Assembly (NCBI RefSeq): GCF_006345805.1
Contig: NC_043017.1
Span: forward strand, 29,264,001 to 29,328,000
From: Octopus sinensis
Lineage: Eukaryota
Reading direction: 5' to 3'
DNA length: 64,000 nt
This document shows positions 11,774 to 24,493 of the stretch, piece by piece. The notes under the pieces were generated by a model. The model saw nothing but the letters and a program-made list of their open reading frames with translations, did no database searches and was not told the origin of the DNA. Made by a program: the position numbers and the translations under genes. How positions within the stretch are numbered: the stretch's first letter is position 1; the number at the start of each line of letters is the position of its first letter.

Positions 11774-12160
11774 GAGGAAGCACTCCGTCGGTTACAACGA
11801 TGAGGGTTCCGGTTGATCCGAATCAACGGAACAGCCTGCTCGTGAAATTAACGTGTAAGTGGCTGAGCACTCCACAGACACGTGCACCTTTAACGTAGTT
11901 CTCGGGGATATTCAGCGTGACACAGAGAGTGACAAGGCCGGCCCCTTGAAATACAAATACAACAGAAACAGGAAGTAAGAGTGAGAGAAAGTTGTGGTGA
12001 AAGAGTACAGCAGGGATCACCACCATCCCCTGCCGGAGCCAGGTGGAGCTTTTAGTTGTTTTCGCTCAATAAACACTCACAACGCCCGGTCTGGGAATCG
12101 AAACCGCGATCCTATGACCGCGAGTCCGCTGCCCTAACCACTGGGCCATTGCGCCTCCAC
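11774..12160 (-). mobile_element. SINE family A
   Basis: Full-length copy with a 14-bp TSD AAGCACAGGCATGA at 11760-11773 and 12161-12174. Confidence 0.97.
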
Positions 12161-12320
12161 AAGCACAGGCATGACGGAGTGGGCAAAAGAATTCATTGGC
12201 AAGTGAGCCACGCGTGTGGCTTCAAAATAACAGAACATTGGTGTGAATACGAACAAGGGACTGTGATAGCAAATGAGAATTACCAGAGCATGTGGTACTT
12301 CGTCAGAAAGACTGAACCGA

Positions 12321-12478
12321 CCCCCGTAACTTAGAGGTTCGGCAAAAGAGACCGACAGAATAAGTACTAGGCTTACAAAGAATAAGTCCTAGGGTCGATT
12401 TGCTCGAGTAAATGCGGTGCTCCAGCATGGCCACAGTCAAATGACTGCAACCAGTAAAGCAGTAAAAGGGTAAAGAGT
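12321..12478 (+). mobile_element. SINE family B, 3' fragment
   Basis: CCCCGTAACTTAGAGGTTCGGCAAAAGAGACCGA...GGTGCTCCAGCATGGCCACAGTCAAATGACTG. Confidence 0.85.
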
Positions 12479-13228
12479 GTACCAAGAAAACAAGATATGA
12501 GGCTTACGAGAAAGGGATGGCCTCCTTTTGCAAATACCTTAAGAGCACAGAAAGTGTGTCTAAAGCCAGCTGGAGACGATGATCTCCTGGGGCTAAAAAG
12601 CTACAGTAACACCCCCCCTTTGTGGTTAGCCATATTGAGATGGCTTTTATACTTTACATTGTCGAGCGATTACTGTTTACATCTCGTTCTAAAATTTAAT
12701 AATGCTTGCGGTCAGTTTTTCGAAATCAGTGGCAGACTAGAAAAAACTCTTATATACTTGCAAACAGGCCTTGTCTTTCATCGTGATCTGGTGATTACCA
12801 CCCATTGATAAGAGACAATAATCACGAAACCGCGGTCCGGTGCGTATCACTCAGGCTTACGAGAAAGATATGATTATTGAGAACAGAACAAACATGTGAG
12901 ATCGTAGATTTTGCAATTCTCTATAAAAGCAGAGTCGATACGAAAGACACAGAAAAAGGTTTGAGAAATACCAGGTTCTAGATACTCGTGTTCCATACTA
13001 GGGAGAAACTAACCCATGGAGGTTAAGCCTTAAGAACGTAAACACATTTCATTACATAATAAACTACTGTCATCAAATAAACATTATGAAGCACTTAGTA
13101 CATGTTACCATAGATTGTTCAAAACATTCCGATTTTATCAAAAAATCTAAAGGTTTTGATTCCTTAAAAATTCTACTCTAACATAAATTGAATCCACTTC
13201 GTACTTCAATGGACTTTTTTCTTTTCTC

Positions 13229-13373
13229 TTTCTTTTACTTGTTTCAGTAATTTGACTTCGGCCATGCTGGAGCACCGCCTTTATGTCCCCGCTAAGTTAC
13301 GGGGACATAAACACACTAGCATCGGTTGTCAAGCAATGCTAGGGGGACAAATACAGACACACAAACACACACA

Positions 13374-13418
<45 letters not shown>

Positions 13419-13521
13419 CATATATACGACGGGCTTCTTTTCAGTTTCCGTCTACCAAATCCACTCACAAGGCTTTGGTCGGCCCGAGGCTATAGTAGAA
13501 GACACTTGCCCAAGGTGCCAC
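13229..13521 (-). mobile_element. SINE family B, 5'-truncated
   Basis: Family B tail, internal (TA)n and CORE-like segment on the minus strand. Confidence 0.88.
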
Positions 13522-13593
13522 TTAATTCTATGTAATTTTATTCATACCACAAATCTAAGTGTAGTAGACTGAGTCACTCAGGACGAGTTCCTC

Positions 13594-13830
13594 TCACACT
13601 TCTTTATATTTTGTGCTTTCCTTGCTTAGATTCAACATTCTTTTAAGATACATGATCTCGCAGTCCTCATTTGCTACATCTGCACCCACGCCTGAATATA
13701 AGCATACCTTTATAGACTTTCTTATACAACAATAAGTACATGAATTATATACACATATAACGGAATTACATTTATTTTAAATTTTAAAGTGTAGTACAAA
13801 CTCTGGTTTGCCAATAAACTCTCACGTGAT
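13594..13830 (-). CDS. Candidate last two coding exons (13830-13802 and 13691-13594) of an unidentified gene
   Basis: Strong minus-strand acceptor TTTTCTCTTTTCGTTTACGTTGCTGTAG, GTTTGT donor and a second acceptor TATATTCAG. The joined frame is SRESLLANQSVGADVANEDCEIMYLKRMLNLSKESTKYKEV*, with AATAAA about 50 nt after the stop. No homology recognised. Confidence 0.3.
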
Positions 13831-14344
13831 CTACAGCAACGTAAACGAAAAGAGAAAATCAAATGAGAACAATGAAAACTTATGTCATACCTTTTTCTTT
13901 TTTTTTTGTTGTTCTGTGATCTCTGAAATATTTCAAAGTGAATGTAAGACAAACTTCAATTGGTTCTGAGGCAATTTCTTGTTTCTGCTTCAACACATTT
14001 GAATGGTAAGTAATTTGACATATATTTTACGTAGCAATACTGGTATTATTTTTTCAAATATACGTAACATTCCTTTACACAAAAAAAAAATCTCCAGAGT
14101 AAACACGAATCAAGTAAAGATCGATAACGTAGTTTTTTTCTCACGCAATTTCTCTTTCAATGGATCGTGATTTTTAGCAAGAAAGTACAAATTATATATT
14201 CAAGCGACTGATAGGATGTGTGTGTCTGATGTGCTGCCATTGGGCTACTGTGTTACTTTTTCATATCTGCTCTATACTGTATAGTGCAATACCTAAATTC
14301 TTTCTTAGACACCTCCAGTAGCATAAATGGATTTTCAGTGTGTA

Positions 14345-14745
14345 CTAGCAGTATCGCCCGGCGTTGCTCGGGTTTGTAAGGGAAATAATTATATAAGCAT
14401 TTTTAGAGATGTAAAGTATAATAGCCATCTCAATATGGCTCACCACAAAGTGTGGGGGGGGGGTTGCTGTAGCTTTTTACGTTCTGAGATTTAATAATGA
14501 ATTTTTAGAGAGTTACTTCCCTTATATATGCCAAAAATGCATTAAAAATGGGAAAAATTGATGGTAAATTATTTTAAAAATCGTAGACTCGTCGTAGGCG
14601 CGCGCTAATACCCAGAAGGGCTCGATATGAATCCCGACTATAAGATATCCGGTTTTGCTTAGACTGCACCGCAAAATGTGGGAGTAGTTATGAATCTAAA
14701 TCGTAGGAGACAGACAGCACACAACCTCTCTTTTATATATAAAGA
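14345..14745 (-). mobile_element. Non-autonomous Helitron, about 400 bp
   Basis: The minus strand begins A|TCTTTATATATAAAAG and ends ...CCCGAGCAACGCCGGG-CGATACTG-CTAG|T. This is an A/T insertion site with 5' TC, a 3' hairpin, CTAG and no TSD. Confidence 0.85.
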
Positions 14746-14965
14746 TAAGAAGAGGTTACTCTGTTCTCACTAAATCATTTTTTTGAGAACAGTACTCAAT
14801 AAACGGCCAGACATCTCGCTTCTTTAGTGTCGCATTACTGAATCCGCAACACAAAATTCTACCCCGATGGTACTTGAGCTGAACATTCATTATCAGCGTT
14901 AAAATATTGAAAACCATATCTGATCGCGGCAGTAATGGAACTCATATTGTAAAGACAATGAACAA

Positions 14966-15515
14966 ATGCCTATTTCTTTACTACCCACAAGGGGCTAAAC
15001 ACAGAGAGGACAGACAAACGGGTTAAGTCGATTATATAGACCCCTGTGCGTAAATGGTACTTATTTAATCGACCCCAAAAGGATGAAAGGCAAAGTCGAC
15101 CTCGGCGGAATTTGAAATCGGGAAGTAACGGTACACTGAACGAATACCTATTTCTTCACTATCCACAAGGGGCTTAACACGGAGGGGACAAACAAGGACA
15201 GACAAACGGGTTAAGTCGATTATATAGACCCCAGTGCGTAAATGGTACTTATTTAATCGACCCCGAAAGGATGAAAGGCAAAGTCGACCTCGGCGGAATT
15301 TGAACTCGGAACGTAACGGCACACTGAATAAATACCTATTTCTTTACTACCCTCAAGGGGCTAAACACAGAGAGGACAAACAAGGACAGACAAACGGATT
15401 AAGTGATTATATCGACCTCAGTGCGTAACTGGTCCTTATGTAATCGACCCCGAAAGGATGAAAGGCAAAGTCGATCTCGGCGGAATTTGAACTCGGTACG
15501 TAATGGCTCACTGAA
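14966..15515 (-). mobile_element. Three tandem copies (about 180 bp) of the SINE family C (Meta-domain-like) body
   Basis: GAGGTCGACTTTGCCTTTCATCCTTTCGGGGTCGATTAAATAAGTACC is repeated three times on the minus strand, with no tRNA A-box head. Confidence 0.9.
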
Positions 15516-17459
15516 CAAATATCATGAGCATGCAATTCAACGAGCATACATATTTCCTAATTCGCTACTAATAAAATTGTACAGACCGACAATTTTAATA
15601 TTACGCCAGTGAACGCATCTTATGTTTCACTTTGAGCGGGCACGAGTTCTAATGTGTCATGTGCTCTTATGAATAACATATTAAATTCTAATATAATAAT
15701 TTATTGTATCAACATCATTAAAAATCAAACTATTAGCGTACAAAAATATTTCAAAGGATTTACGTGTTTAAAAGACGGAGTTTCGGTTAAAACGGCCTAC
15801 TTGGTATTTGAAGGCAATCTTCGGGAACAAATATTGCTAGTAATTATGTTTAAGACTTAACGGTCCCGCCAATCCAATGGCGTTTATTTATCGTTAAATC
15901 CGAAGATAGTATATTTACGTGAGGAGTATGTAAAAAAAATGTCGCTTTCCTAAAAAGATAGATAGAAATGTAAAATTATTCAAAAAAAAAAAAGAACGGT
16001 GGGAATCGAAACTGGACCACACATCGTTGTAACCCCTCGCTTGTTGTTCTTACCATATTCCATTGTTGGTACTTCACTTACAAATATTACAAAAATATTT
16101 CTGACACATTCAATTTTTTTCTGACTGTTTTTTAAAAAATTTTGTGCGTGTGTTGTTTTTTTTTAATATAAAACAAATTAGAAATATATATATATATATA
16201 TAAAAATTTCGGAAATGAAAACAAATAACAAAATATTAGCAGAAAATATTACCTGAATATATTACCTGAAAATGTTACCTGACTCATAATCCAATTGCTT
16301 AAAGAACATTCTTGAGAGGATAGAAGAGAAAACGGATTAGGTAGCATTAACGTAAAGAAAAGGTAACGAAATTGATTTTTTACTTCTTTTAATTCAACAA
16401 AGTTTACTGTATATAAAACATGAAATTGGAAATGTCTTATCTTGGTTACAGTTACTCAGAAGCAAACACATACAAAAGAAAATGGAAAAAAAATAAACAA
16501 AGGTATATGAAATCAAAAGCAAACACGATGTTTATTAATGACGGAAAAAAATTATTTGGCATTTTATTTTGTTCACCTAGCTCAGAGCTTTATTCCAGCT
16601 AATAAGTGTGACAAGTAGCAAACTCAAGAAAAGGAAAACTTATTTATGAAACGAAGAAAAAAAATTATCATAAAAGTAATATCAATAATCATAATAGTAA
16701 ATGTAATAATAATAATAATAATTAATAATAATAATAATAAAAATAATAATAATAATAAACGAAAGGAAGACAAACTCAAGAGATTCACAAGAAATTGTTA
16801 TGTTGTTAATACAAAAATTTGTGATAAACTGTAGTTTCTAACCATGAAGAAAAAATTAAATAAAAACAACCAAAATTTTTCATAAAATATAATTCAACTG
16901 AAGCAAAATAATCAAAACTGTCTACGCTGATTTCGGATACATTATGTTAATATATATATTAATATTGCTATAATAATGCTCATCATTAATAGAATATTAA
17001 TAACAGTGATAGATATAACAATGTAATAATAAACACTTCCAATGTTGATATATGTTTAACGTTATTTACTCAATTATAACATGGTTTTCGTATATATATA
17101 TTTTAATTATTGGATTAATATGATTGTATTTCTCATTTCTAATTGTTATTTGTGAACGACGCCGCCGGTGCAAGTGTATATATGTATGTAATATATGTAT
17201 GGATATAAGTATATACATATATATGTTTATAAGAACATATATATATAAATATATACATACATATGCATATGAATTCACGTGTTTGGATACATACATATAT
17301 GTATACATATATACTTACAATTCGACATATGCATGTACATATATATTGATGTACATACGTTTGTGTGCACACAGATATATATGCATTTGTATACAGGTAG
17401 GTATATAGATAGCTACGCATAGAGACATATACGTTTTGTATGTACATATATTTACACAT

Positions 17460-17479
17460 ATATTGACTATATATATCAA

Positions 17480-17516
<37 letters not shown>

Positions 17517-18180
17517 TATATATATATATGATTATATATATGATTATATATATGATTATATATATATTGATTATAATATATATATATGATTATATATATA
17601 TATGATTATATATATATGATTATATATGATTATATATATATATGATTATATATGATTATATATATATATGATTATATATATATATGATTATATATGATTA
17701 TATATATATATGATTATATGATTATATATATATATGATTATATATGATATATATATATATGATTATATATGATTATATATATATGATTATATATGATTAT
17801 ATAATATATGATTATATATATATATGATTATATATATATATGATTATATATATATATATGATTATATATGATTATATATATATATGATTATATATATATA
17901 TATGATTATATATGATTATATATAATATGATTATATATGATTATATATATGATATATATGATTATTATATATATGATTATATATTATATATGTTTATATA
18001 TGATTATATATATGATTATATATATATATATATGATTATATATATATATATATGATTATATATGATAATATATATGCATGTATACGTATAATATATATGT
18101 ATATATATATGCATGTATACGTATAATATATATGTATATATATGCATGTATACGTATAATATATATGTATATATATATGG
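17460..18180. repeat. Compound (TA)n / TATGAT microsatellite array
   Basis: About 700 bp of (TA)n blocks punctuated by GAT, ending in GCATGTATACGTATAA units. Confidence 0.95.
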
Positions 18181-18778
18181 GATGTTCAGGTTTATTTCGT
18201 ATTAGCTCATAGTCACATATACATACATTACAAAATGCTTTCCATCTATGCTTATACATTCAAATCCTGTACGTCTATATGGGTGATTATATTAGGAGTA
18301 TCAACAAATTATTAGTTTCAACAAAATTAATAATAATGATAATAATAATAATAATAAAATTAATAACAATAATAATAATAATAGTAATAATAATAGTAAT
18401 AATAATAATAGTAATAATAAATAATACACAGTTTAACGAAATTAATAACAACATAATATTTCTATTCTAAGTACTTATTCAATGTCCTCAGAAAACTGAT
18501 GTCACTCACAACAAAATTTCATCACGAAGTCATCAGCACTTTGAAGATGAGTTATATAAGGTTCAAAGCTGTGAATCAGAAAACGAATTATTCTAACTGG
18601 AAGTGGGCCTTCTTATCAACGCATATTTATGTGGATACGTTTATCTATAAGTAACCTGAATCTAAAACATTTTAGGTTTATATACCAACGAAAAAAAATG
18701 CTTAGGAACTTAGACAAACAAGGCATTATATATATAGATATGCGTGTATAGATATGTGTATGTACGTGTATGTATGTG

Positions 18779-18810
<32 letters not shown>

Positions 18811-19076
18811 CGTGTGAGAATCTACCTACCTTCCGGTATATTCATATAATCACACACACATGTGGATGAATATATATGTGTGTATGTATGTATAATTATT
18901 AAATCTGCATTTACTCAACGAGAGAGGACCTATCTTACAATTAAAAGAATGCAATTATAGTTTTATAGTCTAAATTTATTAACTTTAAAAAGGGTAAAAA
19001 TAGGTTATAATTGTTATGCCTACTAAATTATAGTGATGTGTGTACACGCACAGAAACACACCAGATATACATACAC

Positions 19077-19132
<56 letters not shown>

Positions 19133-20072
19133 ATGAGTGTCTATAATGCGTTGCTGTATGTGTTAGTGTGTGATGATTTATGCCTCCGAATATCATAACA
19201 AATTACGATATGCAATTTAATTTCCTAAATCACAAAACTAGCTAGGCGCTTTTCCTCTTTATAGAATATAGAATTGTATTTTCTGTTATGGGTTATTACA
19301 AAATTCTAAAACATAATGTTCATTAAAGACACTACCTATAATTAAATGCACAATAATAATAGTACAGATGCATGTAGGCCTTGTATATATATATATGTTT
19401 ATATAGACTGATATAAGATCAAATCTTGAATGCATAAGCATATACTTATGTAAAAATCTATACGTATGTCCCTGTGTGATAATACATACATATATATATA
19501 TATGTATATGTACATGCATATAAGCTTATATATATGGATAAACTGTTTTGTATATATACACTGATATACATATATGTACATACATATGGATATATATATA
19601 TATATAGATGTGTGTGTGTTGTGGAGGGCGTGTGTGTGTGTGTGTTTGTTTGTTTGTTTCTGTCTCTGTGTGATATTATATATTGATTGTGTGACAAGAT
19701 ATATTTGTGGCTGAATAACTAATTAATCTTGTTTCTCTATTCTGATAACTCGTCTTAGTACTTAAATGTTTAAATAATAATAATGTTAATATTAATGATA
19801 ATAATAACATTTATAATATATTTAAATAATCATAATAATAAGCATATTTTATAAAATTATGACAATTATAAGGAAACTATCAATTAAATTCATAATGTTT
19901 GTATTGAATATAATATTTATATAGACAAGTTGATGTTCAGGCATATTGTACAGTAATGTAATATGTTATATATATATATATATACATTATTATAGATATA
20001 TACATATATAGATATATGTACATATATAGATATATGAAACATATGTATATATGAACATATATATATATGTAC

Positions 20073-20105
<33 letters not shown>

Positions 20106-21041
20106 TGTACATATATATATATATACATATATATATATAATATATATATATTTATATATATAGATATATATACTTACTTACTTACATACACATATACATA
20201 CATATTCATACACGCATATATGACAATGAAATAGCAAAATGACATTCAGCAGATATACCATGTAGTTTGTTGTATGATTTTTACACATCTATCTAACTGA
20301 TTTATTATCATTATTATTATTATTATTATTATCATTCTACTTATAAATTCTCTTATAATTTTAATTATGATGTTTTAATTATATGTTTTAATTTTTCTAA
20401 TTACATGTATATATTTTTTATGACTACAATATTACTGTAACTATAATATTACAGGTATGGCATTGCAAAATATGTTTTAATATTATGTTATAAGTGCTAC
20501 ATTTAAGTGACGTCACTTTTCAATTTACATGTCCTCCTATATGTAAGTCGTATTTTCCTCTTCGAAAGATTGTTGATATTCTACATTTAATTATGTAGTA
20601 AGAAAAAGTATAAAAAATGTTCATGTTATGTTTACTGCTTATTTATATTTACACTCACACACATATATACATATATATATATATGCATACATACATATAT
20701 ATATATATATGCATACTGTTTGTGAGTGTATACATGTCAGTGTGTGTATTTTATTTAGAATATATATTGATTACTCACTAAATATATATTTCTATCACAC
20801 GTGTATTTTTTGAATCTCTGTTTCTCATTGTTATACCCGCTAATTTTATACGAATATATATATATTTATATATTTTATATCTCTAATATTATATATACAT
20901 ATATAATATATAGGTATATATATATGTGTTATATATATAGGTATATATATATGTGTATATATATATATGTATATATATATATGTGTTATATATATATGTA
21001 TATATATATACATATATATATATATACACTATATATATACC

Positions 21042-21073
<32 letters not shown>

Positions 21074-21098
21074 TATAATATATGTGTGTGTGTGTATG

Positions 21099-21135
<37 letters not shown>

Positions 21136-22223
21136 TTTTGAAAATCAGGTTGTCCCTGTCGTATCCTCAAAATATTGTTGGTGTGTGATTGTATGTATAT
21201 ATGTTGTCCTAGTTAATACCCATTTCCGTAGAAGATGTGGAGGGACTTTTATACTGAGTGTTTACATTACAATCGTTAGAAAAAATACATTCACACATTT
21301 CGTTTTTATTTGCCATTCTGTTTTCATACCTTTTGTTAATTTTCCCCTCTGCAATTGTGTTGTTGCAAGAATGAGCGAACTGAAATTAACACTAGAATAT
21401 GGAAGACATCATTGATAGATAATTGTAACTAGTGGGCCAGGTGAGAGCTGCTACTGAAAAACAAAACAAATCAACAAACTAACGTGTATTAAATGATTTT
21501 GGATTATGTAGTGTCGGGCTATAAGCAACGAGATAACATAATATATTATAGAAGTGTTTCGTGAATATCTGAAGTAAACTATTTTACTGACAGACACATC
21601 GACTGAGTGATTGATTGATAGATTAATTGATTGACTGATTATGTGTTTATGCTTTCATTTTGTAATTTTGATTATACTAAAGTTATTACAAAAACGTATT
21701 TTACTTGTGAATGTAAAGCAGATAACAGCATTATGCCTGTCTTGTATATCATATCGTTTCTGTTTGTGTCGTATACATAACTTTCTATTGTATACAATAT
21801 GCAGATTTTGTTTAAAACATTATATCATGTACTAAAGGAAGATCTGACTGAGATTTCGTTGATAAAAATTTTATATTTCACTCAGTCTCACTTATTCATT
21901 CTCTCTTATTCTCGTGATTTTTAATCAGTATAGATTAAACTTTTCTTTAGCTTTTCATATTACAATCAAGGATTTAATAACCATCTTCCTTTCGTTACTA
22001 TATTTCAATTGTTCTGTTATGCGTTGTATTTTACATATTTAATTTCAGATGTCTTGTGTTTCGTTTGTAACTTCGGCTTTGCTTCCTAATGCATATTTTG
22101 TTAGATGATGATTTGATAGCATAAGATAGATATAGATACAAGGATATATATATATATTGGAGGTGTGTGGTGGGTTTATCTCTGTTTATGTATCTATATG
22201 TCTGTATATTTATGTATTGAAAG

Positions 22224-22270
<47 letters not shown>

Positions 22271-23066
22271 ATGTGTGCATATGTGTGTACTTTTGCGAGA
22301 AGTTTGTGTGTACATTTGTATATGTATATATCATACGTAAAAGTGAGTTATAGAGCGTAATGAAAATAAGGTATAATACCAGAAGCAGTAAACAGGAGGA
22401 AAATTGTTACACTAATTGCGCTTCTTTTTTCCCCTTTGGAACAGTAATTTGGAGGGTTATAAGCCTTTCGTTCTCATTTACCTTTCTGAAAAAAAAAGCT
22501 ATTAAAAGAGGGATTAGGGCAGTTTTGTTTGAAAGATATTTTATCAAGTGGAAAATGGTTATTGGAAGTAGTAGTTTTTCTTGCTTAAAACAACGCATTC
22601 GTCAAAAAGTATTTAGAAAAAAGACACACGCACACATAATTTTGACAAAATTTGGTTGCCGGAGAAAACTGTCTTTTTTTTTTTTTTCGCTTTTTTCCCA
22701 TACATTTACCTGTATGCGAAATTTGTGGAGTTTCCTTTAGTTTTCGTTTTCTTTCGTGTATTCAGCATTGGACCTTGAATTTAAGAATTTTTAGGTCTTT
22801 AAATTGGCCCTTTAATTTGTTCTGTTCATTTGTATAAAAGTTGTAAATTTTTTTTTTCGTTAGTTATTCCTTTTCTTTTTCTCCTTCCTTTAGAAAGCAT
22901 TTTGCAAAACAGTCACTTTTCTGTTAATGGTCTCACTTGTGTATTCTCATAATTTTTCTTCTCTTGTTTTTGCTTGTATTTAAATTTTATTCGTAACAAA
23001 TTTTATTTTGAAAATGTCTAGTAATATATACTTGTTTTCCATTTCTTCGCAAGTATGTCCAAACAT

Positions 23067-23145
23067 TTATGATCGTCTTATTCTTATCGTTTGTATGCAT
23101 GATCGTTCCGTTGCTGACCAATCTGCGTCATACGTTTCATACAGT
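23067..23145 (-). CDS. Candidate terminal exon (unidentified)
   Basis: Acceptor TTTCTTTTTCAATAACAG. Open frames are (R)LYETYDADWSATERSCIQTIRIRRS* or (D)CMKRMTQIGQQRNDHAYKR*. Confidence 0.2.
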
Positions 23146-24178
23146 CTGTTATTGAAAAAGAAATTCATGCTCAATATATGAGTGTAGAAATACACACACA
23201 GACACATATAATATATATACTTACATTTTTAGAATATACACGCAAGTGCAAATGGACATATTTTGTAGTGAGATATAGTAAGGGAGTATGTTTGAACATG
23301 CATATACACACAAACATACCTGAGAATACACATGTACTGAGTTACACTGATACATACACAGAAAAATATAACAGAAAACAGTCCAACAGACACAAATAAA
23401 AGAAAGGGAGAAAAGATTATTTGTGTATATGTGCATGTTTGTATAATACACAACAGAGTTTCATGTTTGCTTGTAGTAGTAGTTGTTTTCAGATTTTCTT
23501 TCTTTACAATTTTGTTTCTATTCTATTTGAAAAAAAATTATAATCTAATAAATACATTTCATTTCAATTATCGTAATCAGCATGCAGGATTTTTTTTTGG
23601 TTTTGTTAATTGATTTGAAAATTGAATTTGTTTTTATTTTGCGACCATCACAACTCATTGTAATATTACGATCTGCATCCTGTTTCACAATAACAGGCAG
23701 ATTGCGTGTGTATGTGTGTGTGTGTATAATAAGACAATCCAAACAGCCAGTCTTAAGGCACTGTTGGTCCAAAACTCTTTAAACCACAAATGCAATTATC
23801 AGTGTATTAAAATCATTCACTTCTCAAAATGAAATTGTCTGTTTTATTTTTATTTTATTTTTTTTTTTAATCATACAAAGAGAAAATTTACAAAAAACTT
23901 CGTTCGATTTTTCTTAATCGTCAAATTTGTCTTTATATTTTTTTGTCTTTTTGGTCATATTGTTTTGTTTTTTTTTGTATCTGTGTGTTTTGCTTTTTGT
24001 ATTTTTTATTCAAGTAATATTTTTGTGTAAAATCATTTCATTTGCAATAGTTGTGTTACTATTGAACGAAAGGATTTTTGTGTGTACGTATCGGATACCA
24101 GCAAAAAAAAAACTTGAGGATGATTCGTGTAATAATCGAAAAAGTATATAGTTTTCAATTATATATATATATATATAG

Positions 24179-24209
<31 letters not shown>

Positions 24210-24493
24210 GTGTGAAAATGATTTTTTTCTGCTCAGTCTGAATTGTTTTCCCTTATTGTTTTGGTTTATTTTGATTTGAAATTCAATTCGTAAACATTAG
24301 TTCCGAAAAGAAAACAAAAAAAAATTGAGTAGAATTTGGTGATGCGTTTAAATTTGTCTTCACAGTAATAATTAGTAGGAAAAAAATGCATTGATACCGG
24401 GGTACGATTTCATGCGACTCGACAACTTGTCTTGACCGCAAAAACTATGAACCGCTTCTTGGATCATATTAAGGTAATACATTGGGCGTTTTG

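Larger units (their letters stand above)
9905..13000 (+). mobile_element. Decayed, internally deleted R4/Dong-type element interrupted by two SINEs
   Basis: N-terminal MESCFGTEP...MDKIW...LLDQKNLIVERQCLTQLELKEI, RT-like LIYTADLKLY (about 10880), HKHRHDGVGKRIHWQVS across the SINE at 11774-12160, and RLE remnants at about 12860-12990. Confidence 0.8.

Noticed and set aside
11823-12026. Recurrent 66-68-aa ORF MVVIPAVLFHHNFLSLLLPVSVV... in most family A SINE copies
   Set aside because: Its recurrence follows from high copy identity. Copies at about 31250 and 54665 carry frameshifting indels, so there is no sign of selection for coding.
14966-15515. Regularly spaced repeats superficially like a CRISPR array
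   Set aside because: The units are about 180-bp SINE bodies without unique spacers, in a eukaryotic context with no cas genes.
18490-18597. Additional + strand acceptor-plus-short-ORF sites (18.5, 21.1, 41.3, 45.1 and 60.7 kb)
   Set aside because: Their phases are inconsistent or their acceptors weak, and frames of this length are expected by chance in AT-rich DNA.
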